Below are positions 1-8,914 of a stretch of DNA of 64,000 bases, piece by piece (within the stretch, counting starts at the first letter, position 1; every line of letters begins with the position of its first letter). The position numbers and the translations under genes were made by a program. The stretch covers positions 3,744 through 67,743 of IMG/VR virus record IMGVR_UViG_3300032301_000861. One strand, given 5' to 3'. The notes beneath the pieces were generated by a model, which searched no databases, was not told where the DNA came from, and saw only the letters and a list, made by a program, of their open reading frames with translations. The DNA comes from a virus. Its lineage: Duplodnaviria; Caudoviricetes.

Positions 1-61
1 AAATAATATAACTATATAATAACAAATTCGAGGCTTGGCCTTTTACAAAACCTGAAATAAT

Positions 62-85
62 AAAGCCCTAGGAAACTAGGGCTTT
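62..85. terminator. Intrinsic terminator (bidirectional hairpin)
   Basis: aaagccctag-gaaa-ctagggcttt perfect 10-bp stem with A/T flanks, directly downstream of ORF 90..497. Confidence 0.85.
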
Positions 86-89
86 TTCT

Positions 90-497
90 TTATGCGATTA
101 TGGGTTTACTTTTAAGAAATTCAGGGTATCTTTTGTTAAAATAGCGCATCACAATGCCTGCAACCTGATTTGCTTGATTTTCTTCGGGGCTACCTGTTTG
201 CCCACTATCAACATTTAATTGATGCTCGGTATCTTGTTTATAGTGTACCAGTTCGTGAGCCACAGTTCTCAGTATGTCTACTGGATGTCTATTAGCCAAG
301 GCTACTGATAATGTATGCTCGCCGTTAGAATATTGGCCAAAGGTAGGTTGATCTGTACTGTCAACATCGGTCATAAAAATTATCTTGGGCAATGATTTGA
401 GTTCTATTACTTCCATAGCAAGAGGCAAGAATTTAGAGAACATGTCCATGAACTGTTCTTTTGTTTCACTGTTGGATGTAAATTCTCTGGCTCGCAT
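90..497 (-). CDS. HExxH zinc metallopeptidase-like protein (IrrE/ImmA-like zincin) with MRAREF leader
   Basis: RTVAHELVHYKQ zinc motif, downstream E..AN motif; TAAATA 5 nt upstream of ATG. Confidence 0.7.
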   Translation of the reverse strand: MRAREFTSNSETKEQFMDMFSKFLPLAMEVIELKSLPKIIFMTDVDSTDQPTFGQYSNGEHTLSVALANRHPVDILRTVAHELVHYKQDTEHQLNVDSGQTGSPEENQANQVAGIVMRYFNKRYPEFLKSKPIIA

Positions 498-511
498 GGT
501 AGTATTTATGA

Positions 512-596
512 GTGCTCACTTGAAACAACAAGGGTAGCGAATCCTGTTGTTAGGCCAGCAGCCGGCCACATAACCCCAAACGGTCCTAGGGTATGT
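512..596 (-). ncRNA. Candidate structured RNA (three consecutive hairpins), family not recognised
   Basis: Stems ACAUACCCUAG/UUGGGGUUAUGU, GGCC/GGCC and AACAACA(GG)/(CCU)UGUUGUU fill the intergenic gap. Confidence 0.45.
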
Positions 597-1036
597 TAGT
601 TACACCAACTCTGTTTTGCCTCTCCATAATACTCACGAGCAAAACCATTGGCAATTAATTGTTGACGAAGACTTACACCATCGAGTATTAAATCACCTAG
701 TACTCGACCTCCAAATTTATCCCAATCCATGAGCATGACCTGCCGCTTCTTGCTTTTCTCTACTAATTTTTTAGTAAAATCTGTGGCAGCGGCACCTTTC
801 TGTGCTTCACTGTCGCATTTGGCTCTAAAACCTTTTTCCGGAGTGTCCACACCATATACTCTTAGACGCAGTTCTGGCTTTAGGGGTGCAGGAAGATAAG
901 GGGCTTCAAACCCCACTGTGTCCCCGTCTACCACTCGGGTAATGACCACATCGTAAGTCACTCCCTGTGGTTGTTTTTGTGCTAAAACCGCAACGGGTAT
1001 TAAAAATGCTACTAATAATACTAGAACTGCTTTCAT
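596..1036 (-). CDS. Thermonuclease (SNase family) with signal peptide
   Basis: VVDGDT, RLRVYGVDTPE and DKFGGRVLG motifs; hydrophobic N-terminus MKAVLVLLVAFLIPVAVLA; start placed after AGGA RBS. Confidence 0.9.
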   Translation of the reverse strand: MKAVLVLLVAFLIPVAVLAQKQPQGVTYDVVITRVVDGDTVGFEAPYLPAPLKPELRLRVYGVDTPEKGFRAKCDSEAQKGAAATDFTKKLVEKSKKRQVMLMDWDKFGGRVLGDLILDGVSLRQQLIANGFAREYYGEAKQSWCN

Positions 1037-1069
1037 AATTTTCCTTTTGTGCATTTACAATGACATTAT

Positions 1070-4000
1070 TTATATACTACCAAATCCAAATATCCATACA
1101 CCGCCGATGGCAGAGGTAGTTGATAATACTTCAATCATCATACTTTTTTGTTGTGCTGTGCCGCTAACTAATTTGAAGGTATTAACACCGTTACTACACT
1201 GACTGGCTGTGACACCGGTAAATGTGAAAATATTGTTAACATTATTTGGTGTGATAAAGATCTTGACTCTGCGTCCTGCTGTAAAGTTACTTAGAGTGAT
1301 AGACCGATTACCGGCACTACTTGGGTTCCAAAATATCATAGTTGGACCGTTAGTCATATCAACAGACAATGTAGTAATCTGTGTAGTAACTAGAGAAGTA
1401 AAACTATCAATACCAGTCTGTACAGCACTGATAATCCCTGCGTTGGCTGTGATGGTTGTGCCGTCTACTTGAGCAATACCAAATGTGCTAGTGCTGGCCT
1501 TGTCTATTGTTCCGCCTAGTGTTAGGTTACCTGATGTTGTAACGGTTCCCGTTAATGTCAGTCCACTGATTGTGCCCGTGCCACTAACGCGGGTCACTGT
1601 GCCTGTAGCGGTATTAGTAGCACTGATTGTTATGGCTGCGGATCCATTGTAGGTAGTGCCTGTGCTAAATGATATGCCTGTGCCTGCTGTTAAGTTTTGT
1701 CTAACATTGTTAGCTGATCCACTGATGCTGCCCACGATCTGATTGGCAAATGTAGCAATACCACTTGAGTTCACTGAGACAGCATCAGTGCCGCTGTTGT
1801 TGGTTACTATGCGAAGACTATTGTTGCCCAGTGTACCAATAACTAGATCGCTGGACACCGCAGCGAGGTAAACAGCATTAGGTAAAGCAAAACTACCAAC
1901 GCCGCTGAACCCACTTGAGTTCATACCAAACTCACCATAGTAGGTGCTGGCTGTACCTTGATTGTTGCTGACAATGTAGTTAGTACTGGCTGCGGCACCA
2001 CTACTTCTATTCTGTAGTATTACCTGATTGTAACTATTGACTGACATGCTAAAGTCAGCCATGATACCTGTATCACTGTAACTCAAGTCACCAAAGTTGA
2101 AAGGACCGTGATCTGTGCTGAGACTAGCATCTCGTGTGGCTGTGTAGTCTTTGGCTATTAGTCCGCCCGAACCATCTCTTAATGCTATTGTGTTATTGGT
2201 ATCATTAGTTGTGGCATCACTGGTAACTGTGACAGCGCCGCTGACCACACTGGCTGAAATATGATTAGTGCCTGTAACTGTCAGTACACCAGTATTGGAT
2301 ATTGTAACTGTGCCAGTGCCCGATACACCAATGCCTGTACCTGCGGATATACCAACTATACCATTATTAGATAGTGTTATTGATCCACCCAATGCCACTG
2401 TGCCGCCACCTAATAGTCCTGTGCCTGCGTTAACAGTTATTGAACTGTTGGCAAGTTTAGCGTTGGCAATGCTGCTTGTATTCAGTGTATTGGTAATGTC
2501 TAAACTATCAACCTGAACTGCACCAGTGCGGGCTGTGCCGCCATTAAACTTGATACTGGTCACTGTGTTCTGATTGCCTGGAATATCGTTCCAGGTAGCA
2601 CCGTCATAGATAACTAAATCACCCACATTAAATGTTACAGAGCCATTACCTAAATCCCGTGTGCCTGCAACTGTAACAATATATTCCCATCCTGACTCTG
2701 CGCCTGCCTGATTAGCACTTAGTGCCGGAGTATTAGTACTTGCGTCCCAAGGTCCTTTAAAAATCACGGTGCCGCTGAATATAGGCAGAGTTTGCCATGA
2801 CATTGTGGTGCCGTTTGAATTTAACCATTTATCTGCTTGACTCACTGGTGTTGGGAAGTAGGTTAATCTATCACCATTGCGGAAGGTGATACCTGCTGTG
2901 GTGTCCACTGCTCCGGCAAATGTTATACCGGTACTATCAACTGTGGCTGATAATTGTGCGGCTGCGCTACCTATAGGAGTAGTTTGAAATGTAAACTTGG
3001 TACCTGCCGCTGAGTTAGTAAAGTTTTCTGCGGCTATAGCATCGAAGCGGCTGATACCCGTTTTATATTCGCTGGCTCCGTAGCCCACTGCTGAAAAGCG
3101 CGATAGTATGTCTCCACTTTGTGATGCTGTAGGAGCACTGACTGTGCCACGGGCCGCACGGCCCGCATACAAAGGATATGTGCCCGTGCCAAAACTGTCT
3201 GAACTTATACGACTGCTTTTACCGTCCTGTGCTGTTATGTGTAACAGTGTACCATCGTAGAATGCGCCACGAGGCTGTGTCAGTCCACCAGTAGTACCAA
3301 TGATGTTCAGTGTGCCTTTGTTGGGGTCAGCACCGCTGGGTGTATAGATTGTAGTGATACCAGTTCTATCAACTTCAAAAGCCAATGCTCCCAGCGAGTC
3401 TTTAACTTTGATAGCACGATTGAATACTACACCGGCTGTGGCTCCTGATGAACCAATGATGATATCGCGGGCAGGGTTGGCAATTCTCAGTTGATTGTCT
3501 ATTAAAGTAAACTCACCAACAGTAAGTCCGGCACCGTTTTGTACATATAGCAAGCCATCACGGGCACCGATAGAAAGATCCTTGCCCAGCGTTTCATCCA
3601 GCACATAGATAGTGCCTGGACCAATGTAAACTGATTTCCAGCGTTTGGTTGGTGAACCTAGATTGCTGATGTTGGTGGTTACTGGCAAGATATTGGTGTT
3701 GACAATAACATCGCCTAGTCCAGTGCTGTCTAGGAAGATGTCTGTGCCTGCGGCACTTTGAATGTTTAGGTTGGCTTTGTTCAGAGGACGAGTAAGGTTG
3801 AATACAGCGCCTGGTAAAGGCAGTACCTGCCCTAATCCTGCTAGATCCAAGTCAACTATGACATAAGTATTCCAAGATGAAGTATCACCGCCCCCGGGGC
3901 CGCCTAAGCCACGATCTTTAACCGTGCTGGGAACAATGCCTGCTCCGGTTAGTTTGTCGTCAATTTCAATAGCACTGATAGGTGTGCCACTGATGCCTGG

Positions 4001-4555
4001 ACTTAGTTCAAATACTGTCCAAGGAGCAGGTACACCGTTGATGTTACCATAGGTGCTAATGGCTAGGGTAGCGCTGGTGCCAGTGCTAGAGTCAACTATG
4101 CTGGTCAACTCATAGGTTGTGATATAGGCTTCAATGTTTAAGGTAGTGTTGAGCACCGAGCCCTGTGTGCCAATCTTAAGAGCAGGTACACGCACACTGC
4201 CGTTGAGTGGTACTAGTACAATATCAGCACCATTGACACTGCCCAGTATAGTCTGCAGGTTAGTATCTGCTGGATCAGCGTTGGGATCATTGCCCACTGA
4301 TAGATTTTTTAACTCGTTGGCCGGAGCAAATGTAAACACGCCAGTGGTGTTGTCATAGGCTAAACTGCCACCAAGGTATGATGAGGTTGTTACAACACTC
4401 AATGCTGTTAGATCCATTCCGCCTCCACTGCTGTATGTTAAGACCCGCAAGACTGGTTCACCAGCAGCATTATAGGTCATTGCCTTGTGTATGTTTAGTA
4501 GGTTAGGTTCATCTGGGTGAACATAACTGGTACTGTTAGGATTTTGAACGCCCAT
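1070..4555 (-). CDS. Large virion fibre/structural protein (1161 aa)
   Basis: G/T/S-rich beta-strand repeats typical of phage fibres; within late structural block. Confidence 0.7.
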   Translation of the reverse strand: MGVQNPNSTSYVHPDEPNLLNIHKAMTYNAAGEPVLRVLTYSSGGGMDLTALSVVTTSSYLGGSLAYDNTTGVFTFAPANELKNLSVGNDPNADPADTNLQTILGSVNGADIVLVPLNGSVRVPALKIGTQGSVLNTTLNIEAYITTYELTSIVDSSTGTSATLAISTYGNINGVPAPWTVFELSPGISGTPISAIEIDDKLTGAGIVPSTVKDRGLGGPGGGDTSSWNTYVIVDLDLAGLGQVLPLPGAVFNLTRPLNKANLNIQSAAGTDIFLDSTGLGDVIVNTNILPVTTNISNLGSPTKRWKSVYIGPGTIYVLDETLGKDLSIGARDGLLYVQNGAGLTVGEFTLIDNQLRIANPARDIIIGSSGATAGVVFNRAIKVKDSLGALAFEVDRTGITTIYTPSGADPNKGTLNIIGTTGGLTQPRGAFYDGTLLHITAQDGKSSRISSDSFGTGTYPLYAGRAARGTVSAPTASQSGDILSRFSAVGYGASEYKTGISRFDAIAAENFTNSAAGTKFTFQTTPIGSAAAQLSATVDSTGITFAGAVDTTAGITFRNGDRLTYFPTPVSQADKWLNSNGTTMSWQTLPIFSGTVIFKGPWDASTNTPALSANQAGAESGWEYIVTVAGTRDLGNGSVTFNVGDLVIYDGATWNDIPGNQNTVTSIKFNGGTARTGAVQVDSLDITNTLNTSSIANAKLANSSITVNAGTGLLGGGTVALGGSITLSNNGIVGISAGTGIGVSGTGTVTISNTGVLTVTGTNHISASVVSGAVTVTSDATTNDTNNTIALRDGSGGLIAKDYTATRDASLSTDHGPFNFGDLSYSDTGIMADFSMSVNSYNQVILQNRSSGAAASTNYIVSNNQGTASTYYGEFGMNSSGFSGVGSFALPNAVYLAAVSSDLVIGTLGNNSLRIVTNNSGTDAVSVNSSGIATFANQIVGSISGSANNVRQNLTAGTGISFSTGTTYNGSAAITISATNTATGTVTRVSGTGTISGLTLTGTVTTSGNLTLGGTIDKASTSTFGIAQVDGTTITANAGIISAVQTGIDSFTSLVTTQITTLSVDMTNGPTMIFWNPSSAGNRSITLSNFTAGRRVKIFITPNNVNNIFTFTGVTASQCSNGVNTFKLVSGTAQQKSMMIEVLSTTSAIGGVWIFGFGSI

Positions 4556-4559
4556 TTAA

Positions 4560-5699
4560 TTACAATCCGTATCTGCCAAGAATGGCGTTGTGATTTTGTA
4601 GCATTTCTGCGCCGCTTAGTGCTCGATCGTATATAGTTGCTACAGCAACATCACCGTGCCACAAGGTGCCATCATCAGCTTTACCAATCAACTGTGGGTC
4701 AGTACCAGAACTGTATGTATTTGTAAATGATAGCCCCGTAGTTACTCCAACTGCCTGTCCATTGAAGTAGAAAGTAATATCCCCAGTGGCCGCTTGTGTA
4801 GCACCAAATGTAAACCATTGACCCGCTGTTAAAGTCAAATTATCGGACCATCCGTTGGTGCCAATACCTCCAAAGCTGGCATGTACTTGATAGACTGGGC
4901 CGGCCTGTTTGTATATGTAGGTGTTAAAGGTTCTGTTAGGGTTGACACCAAATATTCCGTGATATCCATCTGTTATACCAGCATCCATCCTTGCCACGAA
5001 GAATGTGCTCTTACCTGTGTAGGTATCACCGTATTTTGTGTGTGGTGTGGTAGCATACTTGGCACTGTCATTAGGGAATGTAAAGTAACTACTAGCACCT
5101 GCGCTGGTAAATGCAGGACTGCCAACTAAAGTAGCATTGTTAGTATTAGAGCTTAAATCAACCCAAGATGTGTCAGACCCGTTGTAACTAGATGAATTAC
5201 CGGCATCAAGATATAATCTCAGACCTGATGTTACTATAGTATAAGTTGGTGCTGAAATCCACGGCCTATGAATGACCAAGGTGCTGGTAGTTCCCACAGT
5301 GCTGGTATTGCTAGTATACTTGTCTGCTAGCAAATCTTCATCATAGACATTATATAGTCTATAGTAATTGGTAGTGGTATTACCCCCTGCTTGACGACGT
5401 AACTGTGCCAGTTCTAGTTTGGCCAATTGCCTATCCACTTTAGTAGTAGCAGTTGAAGAAATAGTATTACTACTGTAAATTGTAGTAGCAGTGGTAATGC
5501 CATAAGATCCCAGCGAGCCACTGACCAACACCGTGGCGGTTGTGGTAACAGGGTTTATGATGTAAAACTGCATGACAGCGGTGCTAACACCTTCAGCAGT
5601 GTTAACCAAGGTTTTTAATTGGGCCACAGTGGTTGCTGTGGTTGCCGCAATGGATAATTTTGTAGCACTGTTGAGAAAACTTTGAACCAGAATAGCCAT
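4560..5699 (-). CDS. Virion protein: N-terminal ubiquitin-like segment plus C-terminal LamG/ConA-like lectin domain
   Basis: GLRLYLDAGN..SY.GS...W.DLS start and RALS..E..QN.NA...RYGL end typical of LamG-like domain; N-terminus matches ubiquitin pattern. Confidence 0.7.
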   Translation of the reverse strand: MAILVQSFLNSATKLSIAATTATTVAQLKTLVNTAEGVSTAVMQFYIINPVTTTATVLVSGSLGSYGITTATTIYSSNTISSTATTKVDRQLAKLELAQLRRQAGGNTTTNYYRLYNVYDEDLLADKYTSNTSTVGTTSTLVIHRPWISAPTYTIVTSGLRLYLDAGNSSSYNGSDTSWVDLSSNTNNATLVGSPAFTSAGASSYFTFPNDSAKYATTPHTKYGDTYTGKSTFFVARMDAGITDGYHGIFGVNPNRTFNTYIYKQAGPVYQVHASFGGIGTNGWSDNLTLTAGQWFTFGATQAATGDITFYFNGQAVGVTTGLSFTNTYSSGTDPQLIGKADDGTLWHGDVAVATIYDRALSGAEMLQNHNAILGRYGL

Positions 5700-5701
5700 A
5701 C

Positions 5702-6037
5702 TTAGACTCCTGGCTTATGCGTATAATTTGGGTACAGACTCACACTGTCCGATCGCATGTCAGCAGGGTTTTTTGGACCATTCCACCCCCCGCCTGCATG
5801 TGCGGTTACTGAATCAATACCCGCTACTACTTCCGCAGGGCTATTGTCATAAACTTGATTAGTTTGAGCACTTAGTAGATCGAAAATTTGACGAAATCTG
5901 TTAACATCGTCACCATGCGGCCCAGTAGTGGGCTCTGCTATAGCGGTTACAGCAACAACTTCGGGTTCTGCTGATTGCTCAGCATCAACTTGATCGATAA
6001 CATCTAGAATAGTTCTAATAATTTCAGTGGCTCGCAT
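5702..6037 (-). CDS. Hypothetical late protein with MRATEI leader
   Basis: 111-aa ORF, GGAG RBS and upstream TAAATA. Confidence 0.75.
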   Translation of the reverse strand: MRATEIIRTILDVIDQVDAEQSAEPEVVAVTAIAEPTTGPHGDDVNRFRQIFDLLSAQTNQVYDNSPAEVVAGIDSVTAHAGGGWNGPKNPADMRSDSVSLYPNYTHKPGV

Positions 6038-6089
6038 GGCACTGCTCTCCCAATAATGTATTTATTAAGGGAGAGCAGGGCGAGACAGG

Positions 6090-6944
6090 TTACTCTAAAC
6101 CCATATCCTTGCGTATTTTAGTAGCACTGATAGCATGAGTAGCATCATCGAACGTTTCCTGTTCAATTTTGTACCCCACATCTCTTCCATACGTCACATT
6201 AACAATATTGGGCACAAGAACCACAGTATATTGTCCTTGATATACAGGATCTAGATCACGCTGAATAAACGCTTTAACCTGTTCAAAATCAAAGGGATTG
6301 GTGTCATTCCAGCCCTGGCAATCGCGAATCATAACGCAAACTTGACCGGTTTTAGCAATGGCACGGTCAAACAGTGCTCTATGTCCAGCATGCCAAGGTT
6401 GGTAGCGTCCTAGTAGTTGTACAGTTTCTTTGCGTGGGTCAAAGGTAGGTCTACGACGATTATGTAGAATGTGCTCACCTACAAATTCTGACCATACTTC
6501 GGCGTTCTGCTCGGTGATCCTAAAATCATAAACATCCGGGGGAATAAATGCCTTATTCGTATCTTCGTAGCGACCTGCATCTATAGTGTCAATCCAAATG
6601 ACCCAATCTGCTTTAAAGTTGTGTCGCATCTCAGGTAATGGTGCCACAAAGTCACAGATCACATAGTCACCGGTACACTTGAATGCGAACTCGGCCATAC
6701 GCAGACTTTGACGAATTCTACCTTCGCGACTAAAATCCCAGTCATTAAATCGTTTGCGTATATCATCAGCATTAAACCAATCTACAGTAGATTTATAGTT
6801 TGAGGGCGGTGATTCCATTTGTGCCATTCTACTTGCGGGCATGGTGGCCAGACTAGAGTTATCTTCTAGATACTGTTTGAGTCGTTCTGCAAAATAAGTT
6901 TTGCCTGCACCTGGAAGACCCATGATTAATATTTTTACTGCCAT
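6090..6944 (-). CDS. Adenylyl-sulfate (APS) kinase-like domain fused to HxGH nucleotidyltransferase domain
   Basis: P-loop GLPGAGKT, NADDIR..DWDFS.EGR, CDFVAP; C-terminal GRYQPWHAGH and ISATKIR; start after AGGA RBS. Confidence 0.8.
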   Translation of the reverse strand: MAVKILIMGLPGAGKTYFAERLKQYLEDNSSLATMPASRMAQMESPPSNYKSTVDWFNADDIRKRFNDWDFSREGRIRQSLRMAEFAFKCTGDYVICDFVAPLPEMRHNFKADWVIWIDTIDAGRYEDTNKAFIPPDVYDFRITEQNAEVWSEFVGEHILHNRRRPTFDPRKETVQLLGRYQPWHAGHRALFDRAIAKTGQVCVMIRDCQGWNDTNPFDFEQVKAFIQRDLDPVYQGQYTVVLVPNIVNVTYGRDVGYKIEQETFDDATHAISATKIRKDMGLE

Positions 6945-6993
6945 CGTATTTTTCCTCATTTGTTAACAGTATAGATGTTTTCTATTAAAAATG

Positions 6994-7968
6994 CTACCAA
7001 GCAGTGACTATGACCAGGCCAGCGCCACCCTGACCGCCCTGACTTCTGGTTCCGGATCGCCCACCACCACCACCTCCACCGCCACAGCCATACCCCCCGG
7101 CACCACCATTGCCCCCACTGCCGCCGGCAGAACCGCTACACCCGCCACCGGTTCCTCCGTAAAAGTAAAGTAAGTTAGGTATGGCCTGATATCCACTACT
7201 GCCAGAGCCTCCATCGGCGGTGGCACCAACTCCTCCAGCGCCGCCGCCGGGATGTAAGGGGAAAATACCACCAGCAGGCACAGTAAGGGGCCCTCCGGCA
7301 TTCGATGTTGACGTCGTTACCGAGCCTCCACCAGTTCCTGCGGTGACAATTAATCCTGTGGTGGGAAGAACAACTTGTCCGCCCTCGCCGCCAGCAGGCA
7401 TTGTGCCGCCTGCGGCACTGTTTTGTCCTACCAAACTGATGTTTGTGGCAGCGTGTCCCCATCCAAACACGCCCAGGCCCGCAAGAGGACCAACAGTTAT
7501 GGCATTAACGGTACCGCCAGCAGCAGCACCGCCTGCTGCGCCTGCTGTACCAACACCGCCACCGGTGCCACCGTTAACCCGACACAAGACATAATTTGCT
7601 GTGATTGCCGGATATATGCTTATACTGCATTCGCCTCCTTGGGATCCGGCGCCATCGACTGACCCAGACCCAATAACACCCTCAACACCGCCTCGTCCGC
7701 CGATACCTACAAAGATGTATAATACATCAGGCAACGCCCAGGCTGGGAACAATGCTCTACATTGAGAACCCGAACCGCCACCTCCGCCACCTCCACTAGT
7801 ATTACCCACTGGGCCGCCGGCGCCGCCGCCACCGCCCGCAGATAGCGCAGTGATCTGTACAAAATTCACACCGCGTGGTTTAAGCCAAGTTCGATAACTT
7901 TGATTTGTGGCATAAAAAATCTGCCGATCGGCCTTGGTTGATCTAGGTATGTGTGAAAAGTCAAGCAT
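6994..7968 (-). CDS. Glycine-rich virion/adhesin protein, paralog 1
   Basis: Poly-Gly motifs; shares MLDxxH..QIFYA, LPDxLYIxVG, GGYGCGGGGGG with the next two ORFs. Confidence 0.8.
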   Translation of the reverse strand: MLDFSHIPRSTKADRQIFYATNQSYRTWLKPRGVNFVQITALSAGGGGGAGGPVGNTSGGGGGGGSGSQCRALFPAWALPDVLYIFVGIGGRGGVEGVIGSGSVDGAGSQGGECSISIYPAITANYVLCRVNGGTGGGVGTAGAAGGAAAGGTVNAITVGPLAGLGVFGWGHAATNISLVGQNSAAGGTMPAGGEGGQVVLPTTGLIVTAGTGGGSVTTSTSNAGGPLTVPAGGIFPLHPGGGAGGVGATADGGSGSSGYQAIPNLLYFYGGTGGGCSGSAGGSGGNGGAGGYGCGGGGGGGGRSGTRSQGGQGGAGLVIVTAW

Positions 7969-7971
7969 TGT

Positions 7972-8904
7972 TTACCACCAAGTTATAATACACAAGCCAT
8001 CGCCGCCGCGGCCACCTGGACTTGCAGTACCACCTGTATTCGCGCCGCCTCCGCCACCACCACCGCAGCCATAACCACCGGCACCACCGACCCCGCCAGT
8101 AGTAGCAGCACTACGGCCACCCGAGCCTCCCCCTGTTCCACCATAAAATTGAAGTAAGTTAGATATAGCTTGAAATCCGTTGCTGCCATTACCGCCGTTA
8201 GTTGTTGTTCCGCCTGCTGTACCACCAATCTGAGCCGGATAAACACCACCTGCGATAGCAGCGATCCTGCCGCCAGCCTGTCCGGCAGCGCCAGCACCGG
8301 CATTGCCGCCAGCTCCAGTGCCGCCTGTTACTCGTAGCCCAGTAGTTGGTAAAGTTATATCAACGCCGGGATTCGCGTTGTTACCCGCGAGTGTTCCGGC
8401 CTGCCCTGCCAAACTAATATTTGTAGCAGCCTGTCCCCAAGCAGGAAATCCCAGTCCTGCCAGCGGTGCCTGAGCAATAGTGGTCACAGCACCAGCAGCA
8501 CCGGCCCCACCAGCGGCATAGCTTTGAGCACCACCTCCGGGATTGGCCTGACATAGTATATAATTTACTGTGGTTGCTGGATATATAGTTACATAACTGG
8601 CTGTACCGTTGCCTGCTAAACCAGTAGTAATAGGGCCGGCTGTACCACCAACTCCGACATTAACGTAAAGTATGTCAGGCATAAATGATGCTGGAAATGT
8701 CAATATACATTGGGCGCCGGAACCGCCCCCGGCACCATTTCTGGCGCTGGCCGTAAGTTGGCCGCCGCCACCGCCGCCGCCACCGCCCAGTAGAAAAAAT
8801 TGTATAAAACTTGCACCGCGGGGTTTTTGCCAAATTTGCCAAGATCCATTAGTGGCATATAAAATTTGTTGATTGTTTTGAGATAAATGATTGACATCAA
8901 GCAT
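7972..8904 (-). CDS. Glycine-rich virion/adhesin protein, paralog 2
   Basis: Same conserved blocks as neighbours. Confidence 0.8.
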   Translation of the reverse strand: MLDVNHLSQNNQQILYATNGSWQIWQKPRGASFIQFFLLGGGGGGGGGQLTASARNGAGGGSGAQCILTFPASFMPDILYVNVGVGGTAGPITTGLAGNGTASYVTIYPATTVNYILCQANPGGGAQSYAAGGAGAAGAVTTIAQAPLAGLGFPAWGQAATNISLAGQAGTLAGNNANPGVDITLPTTGLRVTGGTGAGGNAGAGAAGQAGGRIAAIAGGVYPAQIGGTAGGTTTNGGNGSNGFQAISNLLQFYGGTGGGSGGRSAATTGGVGGAGGYGCGGGGGGGANTGGTASPGGRGGDGLCIITWW

Positions 8905-8914
8905 TATGTATTCC

